Positions 9,768-17,355 of a stretch of 64,000 bases of DNA are shown one piece after another. This stretch comes from an uncultured Anaerolineae bacterium. GTDB taxonomy: Bacteria; Chloroflexota; Anaerolineae; Fen-1058. The stretch lies in contig CAYNML010000022.1 in the NCBI GenBank assembly GCA_964398185.1, positions 6,877-70,876 of the forward strand, read 5' to 3'. The translations under genes and the position numbers were made by a program. The notes beneath the pieces were generated by a model. The model was given only the letters and a program-made list of their open reading frames with translations, did no database searches and was not told the origin of the DNA. The number at the start of each line of letters is the position of its first letter. Positions within the stretch are counted from its first letter, which is position 1.

Positions 9768-10042
9768 AACGCAACCGCAGCATGGTGATCGCCCTGCTCT
9801 TGCTGGCGCTGACCGTATCGGCGGCGGCGGCGCAGACCGGCGGCGGTTACGATTTGACGTGGAGCACCAGCGACAGCGGCGGCGGCACGGCGAGCGGCGG
9901 ATCGTTCACGCTCGACGGCACAATCGGTCAATTCGATGCGAATGTAATGAGCGGCGGCGGCTACACGTTGGCCGGCGGATTCTGGACCAGCCTGACGGCG
10001 GTGGCGGCGTTCAAAGTCTACTTGCCGTTGATTCTGCGGTAA
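9764..10042 (+). CDS. small secreted protein with duplicated GGGY(D/T)L...GG motif
   Basis: ATGA overlap with the upstream stop (translational coupling). Signal peptide MKRNRSMVIALLLLALTVSAAAA. Motif GGGYDLTWS...GGGYTLAGGFW present twice. Hydrophobic C-terminus. Confidence 0.55.
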   Translation: MKRNRSMVIALLLLALTVSAAAAQTGGGYDLTWSTSDSGGGTASGGSFTLDGTIGQFDANVMSGGGYTLAGGFWTSLTAVAAFKVYLPLILR

Positions 10043-10155
10043 CTCAAACCAGCGATTTAGCGGCGCACGAGCCGCTCGTTGCTGAGCGGCTTTTGTGTCG
10101 CCGGGCGTGAAGATCGATCGGGCGGCGCCGCATCGCCGAAGCCGCGCGTGATCTC

Positions 10156-10809
10156 TTGCAGACCGATCGGAAGATCATCGAGATCACGTTCGATTACCAG
10201 TTCAATAACCCAGAGACATTCGCGCGGGCTTTCAAGCGTGTATTTGACATGCAGCCCACGCAGTGGCGCAAGCAGGGACGCTTGGATCGACGGTTGATCA
10301 TGCCGCGCCTGACGCTAGCGCATCTAGCGCACCTGGCGCAGGGATCATATTTGCAGCCGGTCTTGATCGAACGGCCTGAGCTGCACCTGGCGGGATGGAT
10401 GACGCTGGTGCAAGGTGATCTGGCGGCGATGGAAACACTCTGGGGTTGGTTCACCCGCCCGATCGAATCACGCGGCGATCCGATCGAGCGCGATGTGTAC
10501 GGCATCTTGCACTATGCCGTAGAGGATGAACCCGCTGGTTACTTCTACTTGCTCGGCGTGCCCGTCGATGATGAGACACTGCCGGCGCCGACGTGGGTCA
10601 CGCAGATGTTGCCCGCGCAATCATGCGCGCGTTTCATTCACAAGGGTCTGCGTTGTGACTTGCAACTTACTCTCGACTACATCTACTACACGTGGTTGCC
10701 ACAAGCGAATGTGCAACTCCGCCCATCGACCATCTTGTTGCACTATGGGCCTGGCTTTGCAGATTCACCACAGGCTGAAACAGAGGTGTGGGTGGAACTC
10801 GGCGGATGA
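10156..10809 (+). CDS. AraC-family C-terminal HTH fragment fused to GyrI-like effector-binding domain (N-terminally truncated, possible pseudogene)
   Basis: The in-frame ORF opens after a stop at 10108. Only the second AraC HTH (IIEITFDYQFNNPETFARAFKRVFDMQPTQWR) is present, then a GyrI-like domain. The only available start is TTG. Confidence 0.55.
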   Translation: MQTDRKIIEITFDYQFNNPETFARAFKRVFDMQPTQWRKQGRLDRRLIMPRLTLAHLAHLAQGSYLQPVLIERPELHLAGWMTLVQGDLAAMETLWGWFTRPIESRGDPIERDVYGILHYAVEDEPAGYFYLLGVPVDDETLPAPTWVTQMLPAQSCARFIHKGLRCDLQLTLDYIYYTWLPQANVQLRPSTILLHYGPGFADSPQAETEVWVELGG

Positions 10810-10812
10810 TGG

Positions 10813-11190
10813 CTACATCCGTTCCACCCACTGGGCGCGCCACTCCGGCGCGGCGTAGGGTTCAGGCCAGTAATCGATCTCGTGATGAATCCTGTCATCG
10901 CGAATTTCGTAGAACGACACGACCACGACGATCTGCTCTTCCCACGTCAGCGCCACTTCCGACGCAACTTGATCGCCCTGCCCGATCACGCGTTTGACCT
11001 CGGCCGCCCAGCGACCAGGATAGTTGGCATTCAACGCCACGAAGTTCTCACGCCCGCGAATGCGCTCGTTCGATTGCGGCCATTCGCCGATGTAGTCGTC
11101 GTGCAGCAACTCGCCCGCGCCCGCAAAATCAAAACGCCCCAGTCGCTGCCATAACTCGACGACCAGTTGACGATGAATCTCTTCGCTCAT
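10813..11190 (-). CDS. NTF2-like/SnoaL-like (ketosteroid-isomerase fold) protein
   Basis: 125 aa. LVVELWQRLGRFDFAGAGELLHDDY...IDYWPEPY is the typical SnoaL_2 pattern. Confidence 0.6.
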   Translation of the reverse strand: MSEEIHRQLVVELWQRLGRFDFAGAGELLHDDYIGEWPQSNERIRGRENFVALNANYPGRWAAEVKRVIGQGDQVASEVALTWEEQIVVVVSFYEIRDDRIHHEIDYWPEPYAAPEWRAQWVERM

Positions 11191-12467
11191 GCTTGTGCTC
11201 CATGTGCCAGACGCGTCTTCAGTTGCTGTGCCAGTTTAACTTCGGCTTTGGCGGCTTTGATGGCCGACAGATCGATCGTTGGCGCGTTGATAAACCGCAT
11301 GAAACGCTGCAAACCGCGTGTCAACGCCGTGACAAACTGCGGCTCTTCGGCCAGGACGGCTGTTTCCAGCCACAGGCCGTTGATCACCAGGGTGTTCGTG
11401 CTGCGATCAAGCTTGGGATCGAACCGCGCCACTAATCGATCGCCGTACAGGATGGGCAGCGTGTAATAACCCCAGCGGCGCTGCTGAGCAGGTTTGTACA
11501 CTTCCCACACGTACTCGAAATCGAACCAGACCTTCGCTCGCCCGCGCGCGCTGACGATGTCGAGCGGCGCGAGAAAGGTGGCCTCTTCTTCAGTGGTCGT
11601 AGCGAGCGGCTGCCACTCCGCGGGAACGCCGCCCGCTTCAAGCGCGATCAACGCCGGAGCATCGGCGGCCAGGGCATACAACGGCTCTTTCCAATCCTCT
11701 GCTTGCAGCGACACGACCTCGCCGTGGTCAATCATCTTATTCAAGCGCCGCTGCCCTTCGTCGAGACTGACGCGCCGTTCGATGAAGCCCGCCCACGAAT
11801 TGGTAAATGTGCGCGCCCGGCTCAGCCCCATGAAGGCCAGCGCTTTGCGCGCAAAGAAATCCTCGGATTGCGCCACCGTAGCTGTGCGCTTCAAGCCGTC
11901 GGGCACGATATTCTGGCGGAAGTCAAACACCCGATCGAAGTTGCGGCGATGGTGCGTCATCAACTCGCCGGTGAGCCAGAGGAAATACATGGCAATCCCG
12001 CTGTCCTTGCTGGAGCGGTAATTGTCACCGTACGCCCGCCCCTCGAATTCGCGATTGCTCAGCGGGCCGCGCCGGCGCAGCTCGGTTTTCACTTCCTTGA
12101 TCAAATCCGGTTGCTGCGCGGCGAATCTGGCCCAACGCGGCTCCTGCCCCTTGCGCTGCATGACGCTGCGCCAGTAGGGCAGCTCGTCGATCGGGTAGAT
12201 GAAGATCGTACCGCCGTAGTCGAAGAACAGCCGATCGGCGTACAACAGCCGATCGAGCTGCTCCGGTTGATAGTCGATCACGCGGCTGTGCAGCGTCAAG
12301 TCGTGATTGCGCGCGATCGCGATCAGCGGATCGACCTGCACAGCTTCACACGCGCGCAGGGCCTGCGCCGTGCCAGCCAATCCCTGCCAACGCCGACCGG
12401 GCCACAAGCCCTGGCGGCCCAGCAGAAACCGTCGGGCGGTGGTACGACTGATCGTGAGATCAGACAT
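11187..12467 (-). CDS. winged-helix DNA-binding protein, YcaQ/AlkZ-like (DUF1006) putative crosslink-repair DNA glycosylase
   Basis: 426 aa. N-terminus RFLLGRQGLWPGRRW...QVDPL matches the YcaQ/HTH_42 family. Confidence 0.7.
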   Translation of the reverse strand: MSDLTISRTTARRFLLGRQGLWPGRRWQGLAGTAQALRACEAVQVDPLIAIARNHDLTLHSRVIDYQPEQLDRLLYADRLFFDYGGTIFIYPIDELPYWRSVMQRKGQEPRWARFAAQQPDLIKEVKTELRRRGPLSNREFEGRAYGDNYRSSKDSGIAMYFLWLTGELMTHHRRNFDRVFDFRQNIVPDGLKRTATVAQSEDFFARKALAFMGLSRARTFTNSWAGFIERRVSLDEGQRRLNKMIDHGEVVSLQAEDWKEPLYALAADAPALIALEAGGVPAEWQPLATTTEEEATFLAPLDIVSARGRAKVWFDFEYVWEVYKPAQQRRWGYYTLPILYGDRLVARFDPKLDRSTNTLVINGLWLETAVLAEEPQFVTALTRGLQRFMRFINAPTIDLSAIKAAKAEVKLAQQLKTRLAHGAQA

Positions 12468-12777
12468 CGGTGCTGATCTTTCCGGCCAGCGCGATGCGAA
12501 ACGGGAATAACTCCGCGTGCATGACGCCTTTTCGTACGGCCGGATCGCTGTTCATGATCGCTCGTGCCTGTTCCTCTGATTCAGTCTGAAAGATTGCGAT
12601 GCCAAACGTCCGCGGCGAGTCATCCTGCGTGCGCCCGACGAGCAGCATCACACCCTGCTCGGTCAACGCTGCCAGATGCGCCAAGTGCTCGCTCACGATG
12701 GCCTGTTCTTCCGGCGTCGGCCCGGCCGTGACCATTTCACTGCGTGCGGGTGTCAAACGATATAGAAACTGCAGCAT
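12460..12777 (-). CDS. YciI-like (Dabb) stress-responsive protein
   Basis: 105 aa. MLLVGRTQDDSPRTFGIAIF...AELFPF is the YciI fold signature. Confidence 0.65.
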   Translation of the reverse strand: MLQFLYRLTPARSEMVTAGPTPEEQAIVSEHLAHLAALTEQGVMLLVGRTQDDSPRTFGIAIFQTESEEQARAIMNSDPAVRKGVMHAELFPFRIALAGKISTDV

Positions 12778-12795
12778 GTCTTCCTCCCGAATCTT

Positions 12796-13299
12796 TCACG
12801 TGCGCTGCTGGTAGAGTTGGCTCACGGCATCGATCTGCCGATGGTGAAACGCCTCATGTCCGCCATAACTCAGTAACCATTCTGCACCGTTCATGGCTTC
12901 CTCGAAACCACCCTGATGACGCAGCGCAAGGTTGGCGTCGGCTGGCCAGTTCTCCAGCAATCGGCGTGTGAGCAGGCGCGTGCGCTCGAACCAGAAGAGG
13001 ATGGCGTCTTTGGGCAGGCCGTGCGGCGGAGGCGGCGGCAGAAATTCGATGCTCTCTGGCGGCTTGACGCCTTCCAGCAGCGGCCGCGCGATGTTCTCGC
13101 GCAGATGGTGTTCGTCAATGGCGATGTGCATGAAAATCTCGCCCAGCGACCATTCGTCGGCGCCGGTGTCGGCACGTTTGACACCGGGACGCCAATCGAG
13201 TTCTTCCTGCGTCAAGTTACGCAGTCGTCCCAATGTTTCAGTGCGGACTTCTTCGAGCCTGACTAGTATCGCGTGTGGATCGATCGGGTTGCCAGACAT
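12796..13299 (-). CDS. DinB/YfiT-like (DinB_2) metal-dependent four-helix-bundle protein
   Basis: His-rich motifs FMHIAIDEHHLRENI and GGHEAFHHRQID. Confidence 0.65.
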   Translation of the reverse strand: MSGNPIDPHAILVRLEEVRTETLGRLRNLTQEELDWRPGVKRADTGADEWSLGEIFMHIAIDEHHLRENIARPLLEGVKPPESIEFLPPPPPHGLPKDAILFWFERTRLLTRRLLENWPADANLALRHQGGFEEAMNGAEWLLSYGGHEAFHHRQIDAVSQLYQQRT

Positions 13300-13550
13300 G
13301 TTGTCCTCCTCGCATGGGTCTCAGTTGCAGAGTGTAACACACCACGCCCCGTCAAAAAAGGGACAGCGGTCAATGATCATCTTGATCATCGACCGCTGTT
13401 CGTGTTGACACCCGGTTCATGCGCTGTAGCGCACCCCACCGCTGCGGTTTCCCCAGAGAGTACGATCCGGTCTCAACCGGTCATGGAAAGTGCAGTGGAC
13501 GCGTGAGCGATGCGGCCCGCCAGCGCAGCGGCAGCGTTACCGGGGTCAAC

Positions 13551-13838
13551 CTATCCGGCGATATGCCATGTGTTGTGGCGCAAATCCTGATAGATGTTGT
13601 ACGTCCCTTCGGCGCACCGCACCTGAAAGTAGTGACGATCCAGCTGGCCGCCGTTGCGGCGCGAAGCCGTGGTCCAGCAGCGCTCCACGGCCTCCACCTG
13701 AAACTCGCGGCCGCGCCACACAAAGGTGCGCGGGAAATAGCCGAAGCGCCGCGAGCGCATGTCAATGGCCTCGGTTCCCCGGCGCTTCATGATCGGTTTC
13801 ACTTCCGTTTTGGCATTACCAAACAGACTCAGGCTCAT
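13551..13838 (-). CDS. hypothetical small protein (start uncertain; alternatives at 13790 and 13901)
   Basis: GAGGAG about 10 nt upstream of ATG 13838, inside the 3' end of the upstream membrane gene (coupling). Cys/Trp-containing C-terminal motif ERCW...RHYFQVRCAEGTYNIYQDL. No family recognised. Confidence 0.4.
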   Translation of the reverse strand: MSLSLFGNAKTEVKPIMKRRGTEAIDMRSRRFGYFPRTFVWRGREFQVEAVERCWTTASRRNGGQLDRHYFQVRCAEGTYNIYQDLRHNTWHIAG

Positions 13839-14202
13839 GGTAGACGATCTCCTCTTCACCAATGGTGGTAAATTCACGCTGCGCCGCAGGTGCACGGCCA
13901 CCTGGCGCCGCCGACACGACTTGCAGCGCGGCCGGATACGTTACGGCTCCCGTTAGACCTTGATAGGCGGGTGACGGCATGACTACGGTGGGCGGCGGCG
14001 AGGTGTACGCCCGATCGGAATGGCGCTGCGCCTTCACGGCCCAGCCGATCACCAATCCGATCGGGAACGCGGCCATGCCGCCGAAGATCACACCCGCCAT
14101 GAACGCCAGCGTCTGTTCGCTCAAGCGGCTGCCGATCACGCCCCCGGCCACCAGAATGAAAGTCACCAATCCTAACGCAACGTACCACGGCCAATATTTC
14201 AT
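13816..14202 (-). CDS. small membrane protein (two predicted TM helices)
   Basis: N-terminal hydrophobic segments WYVALGLVTFILVAGGVIG and FMAGVIFGGMAAFPIGLVIGW. Begins 4 nt after the FtsK-like gene stop. Confidence 0.5.
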   Translation of the reverse strand: MKYWPWYVALGLVTFILVAGGVIGSRLSEQTLAFMAGVIFGGMAAFPIGLVIGWAVKAQRHSDRAYTSPPPTVVMPSPAYQGLTGAVTYPAALQVVSAAPGGRAPAAQREFTTIGEEEIVYHEPESVW

Positions 14203-14205
14203 GAC

Positions 14206-15360
14206 TTATCGATCGATACCCGGCAGCGCGAAGACGGCGCTATCCAGCACAGAATTCCTGGTGCGCGCTACGGAGGTCACGGTACTCGGCCTGCCCGATT
14301 GAATGATCTCGTCCCCGCGGATGCCTTGCGCCAGTTGTTGCACGCTCGCTTCAATTTCATTCGCCGAAGTGTAGGCTGCTTGAAACCGGATCAAGCCCGG
14401 TCCATACACCGCCACAAAGTCACCGCGCCCCGTCAACTTCTCTGCCCCCGTGCCGCCTACTCCGGCGGCGACGCGTGCGTCCTCGGCGCTAACGACATGC
14501 CCCACCAACCTCACCGGGAAGTTGGCTTTCACCAGCGGGCCAATGATGGAACTCGACGGTTTCTGCGTTGCGCCGATGACGTGGATGCCGGCCTCGCGTC
14601 CGCGCTGTACCAGCCGTCCCAGGCCCTCGAGAATCGCCGGGCCGCCCGTCTGCACCAGATCGGCCAACTCGTCGATCGCTACAACGATGCGCGGATCAGT
14701 CACCCGCGATCGATCGCGCTGTTCCATCAGGTTCACCAGATCGCCGAGGGCCTGCACCGCCTGATCGGGTTGTGTCACGATGCCCGATGATAGTGCGGGG
14801 CACGCTGTCGGGCGCAGGAGGTGCGGCAGGCGGGCCATCGGCTCGAAGGCGCGGCCCTTCGGATCGATCAGCACGAACTGCAGCTGGCGGCGGTGATTCA
14901 ACAGCGCCAGCGACAGGATGATGGTCTGCATCAGCGCGGTCTTGCCGGAGCCCGTCGTGCCCGCCACCAACACGTGCGCCACTTCCGGCGAAGGCAGGCG
15001 GATCAGCAGCGGCGCACCATCGTCGGCCAGGCCCAGCACCGCCGTGCCAAACGGGATGCGCGAGGGCGGAATGCGGGCGCAGAGCGGCAGCAGTTTCAGC
15101 GGCTGTGGATCGCTGCGCGGCACTTCGATGCGCACGGCATTGCCCTGTGTGGTCACGCGCGCGCTCGGCGCACCCAGCGCCACGGCGATTTCGCGCGACA
15201 ACGACTCCACGCGGCTGATCTTCACTCCGGGGTTGGTCTGCAATAGGAACTGCACCCAGCGCGGCGTGACGTGGCCGCCGGTCACACGGGCCGGAGCCTT
15301 GTGTTCGTGAAGCACCATTTCGATGGCATCTGCTTTCGCTTCCAGTTCACGCCGCTGCAT
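14206..15360 (-). CDS. FtsK/SpoIIIE-family DNA-translocase motor domain protein (no TM anchor, no gamma domain)
   Basis: Alpha/beta motor (PGVKISRVESLSREIAVALGAPSARV), Walker A VAGTTGSGKT, Walker B IVVAIDELADL. 384 aa only. Confidence 0.8.
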   Translation of the reverse strand: MQRRELEAKADAIEMVLHEHKAPARVTGGHVTPRWVQFLLQTNPGVKISRVESLSREIAVALGAPSARVTTQGNAVRIEVPRSDPQPLKLLPLCARIPPSRIPFGTAVLGLADDGAPLLIRLPSPEVAHVLVAGTTGSGKTALMQTIILSLALLNHRRQLQFVLIDPKGRAFEPMARLPHLLRPTACPALSSGIVTQPDQAVQALGDLVNLMEQRDRSRVTDPRIVVAIDELADLVQTGGPAILEGLGRLVQRGREAGIHVIGATQKPSSSIIGPLVKANFPVRLVGHVVSAEDARVAAGVGGTGAEKLTGRGDFVAVYGPGLIRFQAAYTSANEIEASVQQLAQGIRGDEIIQSGRPSTVTSVARTRNSVLDSAVFALPGIDR

Positions 15361-15488
15361 GGGATCGTCTCCTCGAAGGTTGTGCCAGGCGTTCTGCGCG
15401 GAATGAAGTGCAGTCGAAGAACGCGGCTGTGATGGTGGGCATCCTTCGACTTCGCTGTGCTCCGCTCTGGATGCCTGCTGATGTCAGG

Positions 15489-16097
15489 CTAGTGTACGCG
15501 CCGAATGACGGCGACAACACGGCCTTGAATTTCGAGATTTTCCGGATGGGTGTAGATCGGGCCAAGCGAGGGATTGGCCGGCTGCAGTCGCACGCGATTC
15601 GGTTCGCGGAAGAAATACTTCAACGTTGTCTCATCGCGATCGATCAAGCGGGCGGCCACCATGTCGCCGTTCTTCGCTTCGGCCTGTTTTTTCATCACGA
15701 CGATGTCGCCGTCGTCCACCATCGCGTCGATCATCGATGTGCCGCGCACCTTGAGCGCGAACAGACCGTCTTGCTCCGGCACGATGTCGCGCGTCAGCAC
15801 CAGCGCTTCGTTGGCTAAATCCGCGAAGGACATCGTCGGCAAGCTGGCGCCGATCGAGCCGACGTAGGGCACGCTAAAGGCTTCGGCCTGCACCAGGCGC
15901 AGACCGCGCGGTGTGGCGCGATCGCGGCTGATAAAGCCGGCTTCCTCCAGCGCGGTCAGGTGATAATCCACCAGCGATTTGGTGGACAGTCCCAGTCCGC
16001 TGCGGATTTCTTCATAGGTGGGCGGGTAATGCTGCCGCGCCATGAAGTCTTCAATAAAGGTGAGAATCTGCTGTTGTTTGACGGTCAGGGGTTTCAT
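15489..16097 (-). CDS. lexA: LexA repressor (paralog 1)
   Basis: LexA winged-HTH LTVKQQQILTFIEDF...PPTYEEI. S24 peptidase with AlaGly-like cleavage region and Ser/Lys (GTSM...KK). Start set at MKPLTV, which has an upstream RBS. Confidence 0.88.
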   Translation of the reverse strand: MKPLTVKQQQILTFIEDFMARQHYPPTYEEIRSGLGLSTKSLVDYHLTALEEAGFISRDRATPRGLRLVQAEAFSVPYVGSIGASLPTMSFADLANEALVLTRDIVPEQDGLFALKVRGTSMIDAMVDDGDIVVMKKQAEAKNGDMVAARLIDRDETTLKYFFREPNRVRLQPANPSLGPIYTHPENLEIQGRVVAVIRRVH

Positions 16098-16148
16098 TTC
16101 TGTCCTTTCGACGAGCGGCTGCGAGTTGGAATGTTGTTGGGAGAAATA

Positions 16149-16160
16149 GAACGCTCGTTC
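16149..16160. promoter_or_regulatory. Cheo-type SOS box GAACGCTCGTTC upstream of lexA paralog 1
   Basis: GAAC-N4-GTTC 52 bp upstream of the lexA1 start. A weaker half-site repeat GCACGTTTGTTC lies at 16172-16185. Confidence 0.6.
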
Positions 16161-16253
16161 GAGTCTATTATAGCACGTTTGTTCTAGTGTCAATAGAACA
16201 AATCCTTAAAAAAACGCGGGTCTTCCGACTTTGGCGGGAAACCGTCGGTGCAT

Positions 16254-16399
16254 CGTCATTGCGAGCGCTTTCGCCAGGCGCGCCCCCGCGCATAGCGCGG
16301 ACAGGGCGTGCGAAGCAATCTCCTTTCGACCGGTACTGAGATTGCTTCGTCGCGAACAGCGCTCACCTGCCCCGCGCCGTTGGCGGGGTCGCAATGACG
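16254..16399. repeat. nested-palindrome REP-like element, family A copy 1 (CGTCATTGCGAG...CTCGCAATGACG with inner GAAGCAATCTC...GAGATTGCTTC)
   Basis: Outer and inner inverted repeats read directly. Related copies at 27296-27372 and 57037-57123. Confidence 0.7.
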
Positions 16400-16508
16400 C
16401 ACGTTGGTGACAATAATCCCGCTGAACCCGGAAGAGCCAAAAACGCGAAAACGCCCGATCGGGCTGAGCTGACCGATCGGGCGTTGGCAGGAACGCAGAG
16501 AAGAAGCG

Positions 16509-17159
16509 TTACGCGGGTTTGTTGGGATGCCGGATCACGAGAACGACGCGGCCCTGTACTTCAACGTTTTTGGGATCGGCAAAGATGGGCGACATCGTCG
16601 GGTTGGCAGGCTGCAAGCGCACCCTGCCCTTTTCGAGATAGAAGCGCTTGAGGGTGGTTTCTTCGCGGTCTTTCAGCCACACAGCCACCAGCTCGCCATT
16701 GTCGGCCTTCTGACGCTGCTGCATGACCACGATGTCGCCGTCGCCGATCATCGCGTCGACCATCGAGTCGCCGCGCACCTGCAGGGCGAACAGGCCCTTG
16801 TCGTCCAGCGGCAGCAGTTCGCGCGTCAGTTCGATCATCTCGTCGCCAAGGAGAGCGAAATCAGAATTGGGTACGGGCATTGGTTCGCCAGCGGCGATGC
16901 GGCCCAGCACCGGAATCCGGATTGTCTCGATGGGCGCGGCTTCGGCCTCATCAGTCACCAGCTTGATGCCGCGCGAAATGGTCTTGTCGCGTGCAATGTG
17001 CCCCTGCTTTTCCAGGACGTTCAGGTTGTAGTTGACCACCGAGGTTGACGAAATCCCCACGGATTTTCCGATTTCGCGGATGGTGGGCGGGTACTTGGTG
17101 CGGCCGGAAAAATCGCGGATGAAGTCCAAAATGGCTTGCTGGCGATCGGTGAGTGTCAT
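16509..17159 (-). CDS. lexA: LexA repressor (paralog 2)
   Basis: LTDRQQAILDFIRDF...PPTIREI wHTH plus S24 peptidase domain. 216 aa. Confidence 0.88.
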   Translation of the reverse strand: MTLTDRQQAILDFIRDFSGRTKYPPTIREIGKSVGISSTSVVNYNLNVLEKQGHIARDKTISRGIKLVTDEAEAAPIETIRIPVLGRIAAGEPMPVPNSDFALLGDEMIELTRELLPLDDKGLFALQVRGDSMVDAMIGDGDIVVMQQRQKADNGELVAVWLKDREETTLKRFYLEKGRVRLQPANPTMSPIFADPKNVEVQGRVVLVIRHPNKPA

Positions 17160-17170
17160 AATTCCTCCGA

Positions 17171-17290
17171 AGATAACCCCAACTTATCCCAAGAATTACC
17201 CAATGATAACCCAAATTTTCACTGCGCTGGGCAAATTGACTTGGTTATCCCAAGTTTATCCAAAGGATTTCCCAAGTCTGCTGGCATTAT
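17171..17290. repeat. array of six to seven imperfect direct/inverted copies of TTATCCCAAG / GATAACCCA in the lexA2 leader
   Basis: gataaccccaac ttatcccaag aattacccaa tgataacccaaa ... cttggttatcccaag tttatccaaag gatttcccaag. Confidence 0.6.
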
Positions 17291-17294
17291 AAAC

Positions 17295-17306
17295 GAACAA
17301 TTGTTC
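17295..17306. promoter_or_regulatory. perfect palindromic SOS box GAACAATTGTTC upstream of lexA paralog 2
   Basis: GAAC-N4-GTTC perfect palindrome, 136 bp upstream of the lexA2 start. Confidence 0.65.
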
Positions 17307-17355
17307 TGTGTCAATAGGCTACGGTGATTTTGGGGTGTTTTCGGGGGTGGACAGA

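Noticed and set aside
13419-13871. 150-aa plus-strand ORF and other small ORFs (13481-13765, 13490-13792) across the hypothetical-gene and terminator region
   Set aside because: They overlap the minus-strand small gene and a palindromic terminator (acagcggtc...gaccgctgt). They are Arg/Ala-rich with no start signals.
16206-16651. Small ORFs 16206-16394 (-) and 16394-16651 (+) between the two lexA genes
   Set aside because: They fall inside the nested-palindrome repeat (family A copy 1) and its flanks. The reading frames are created by the palindrome and they lack an RBS or start context.
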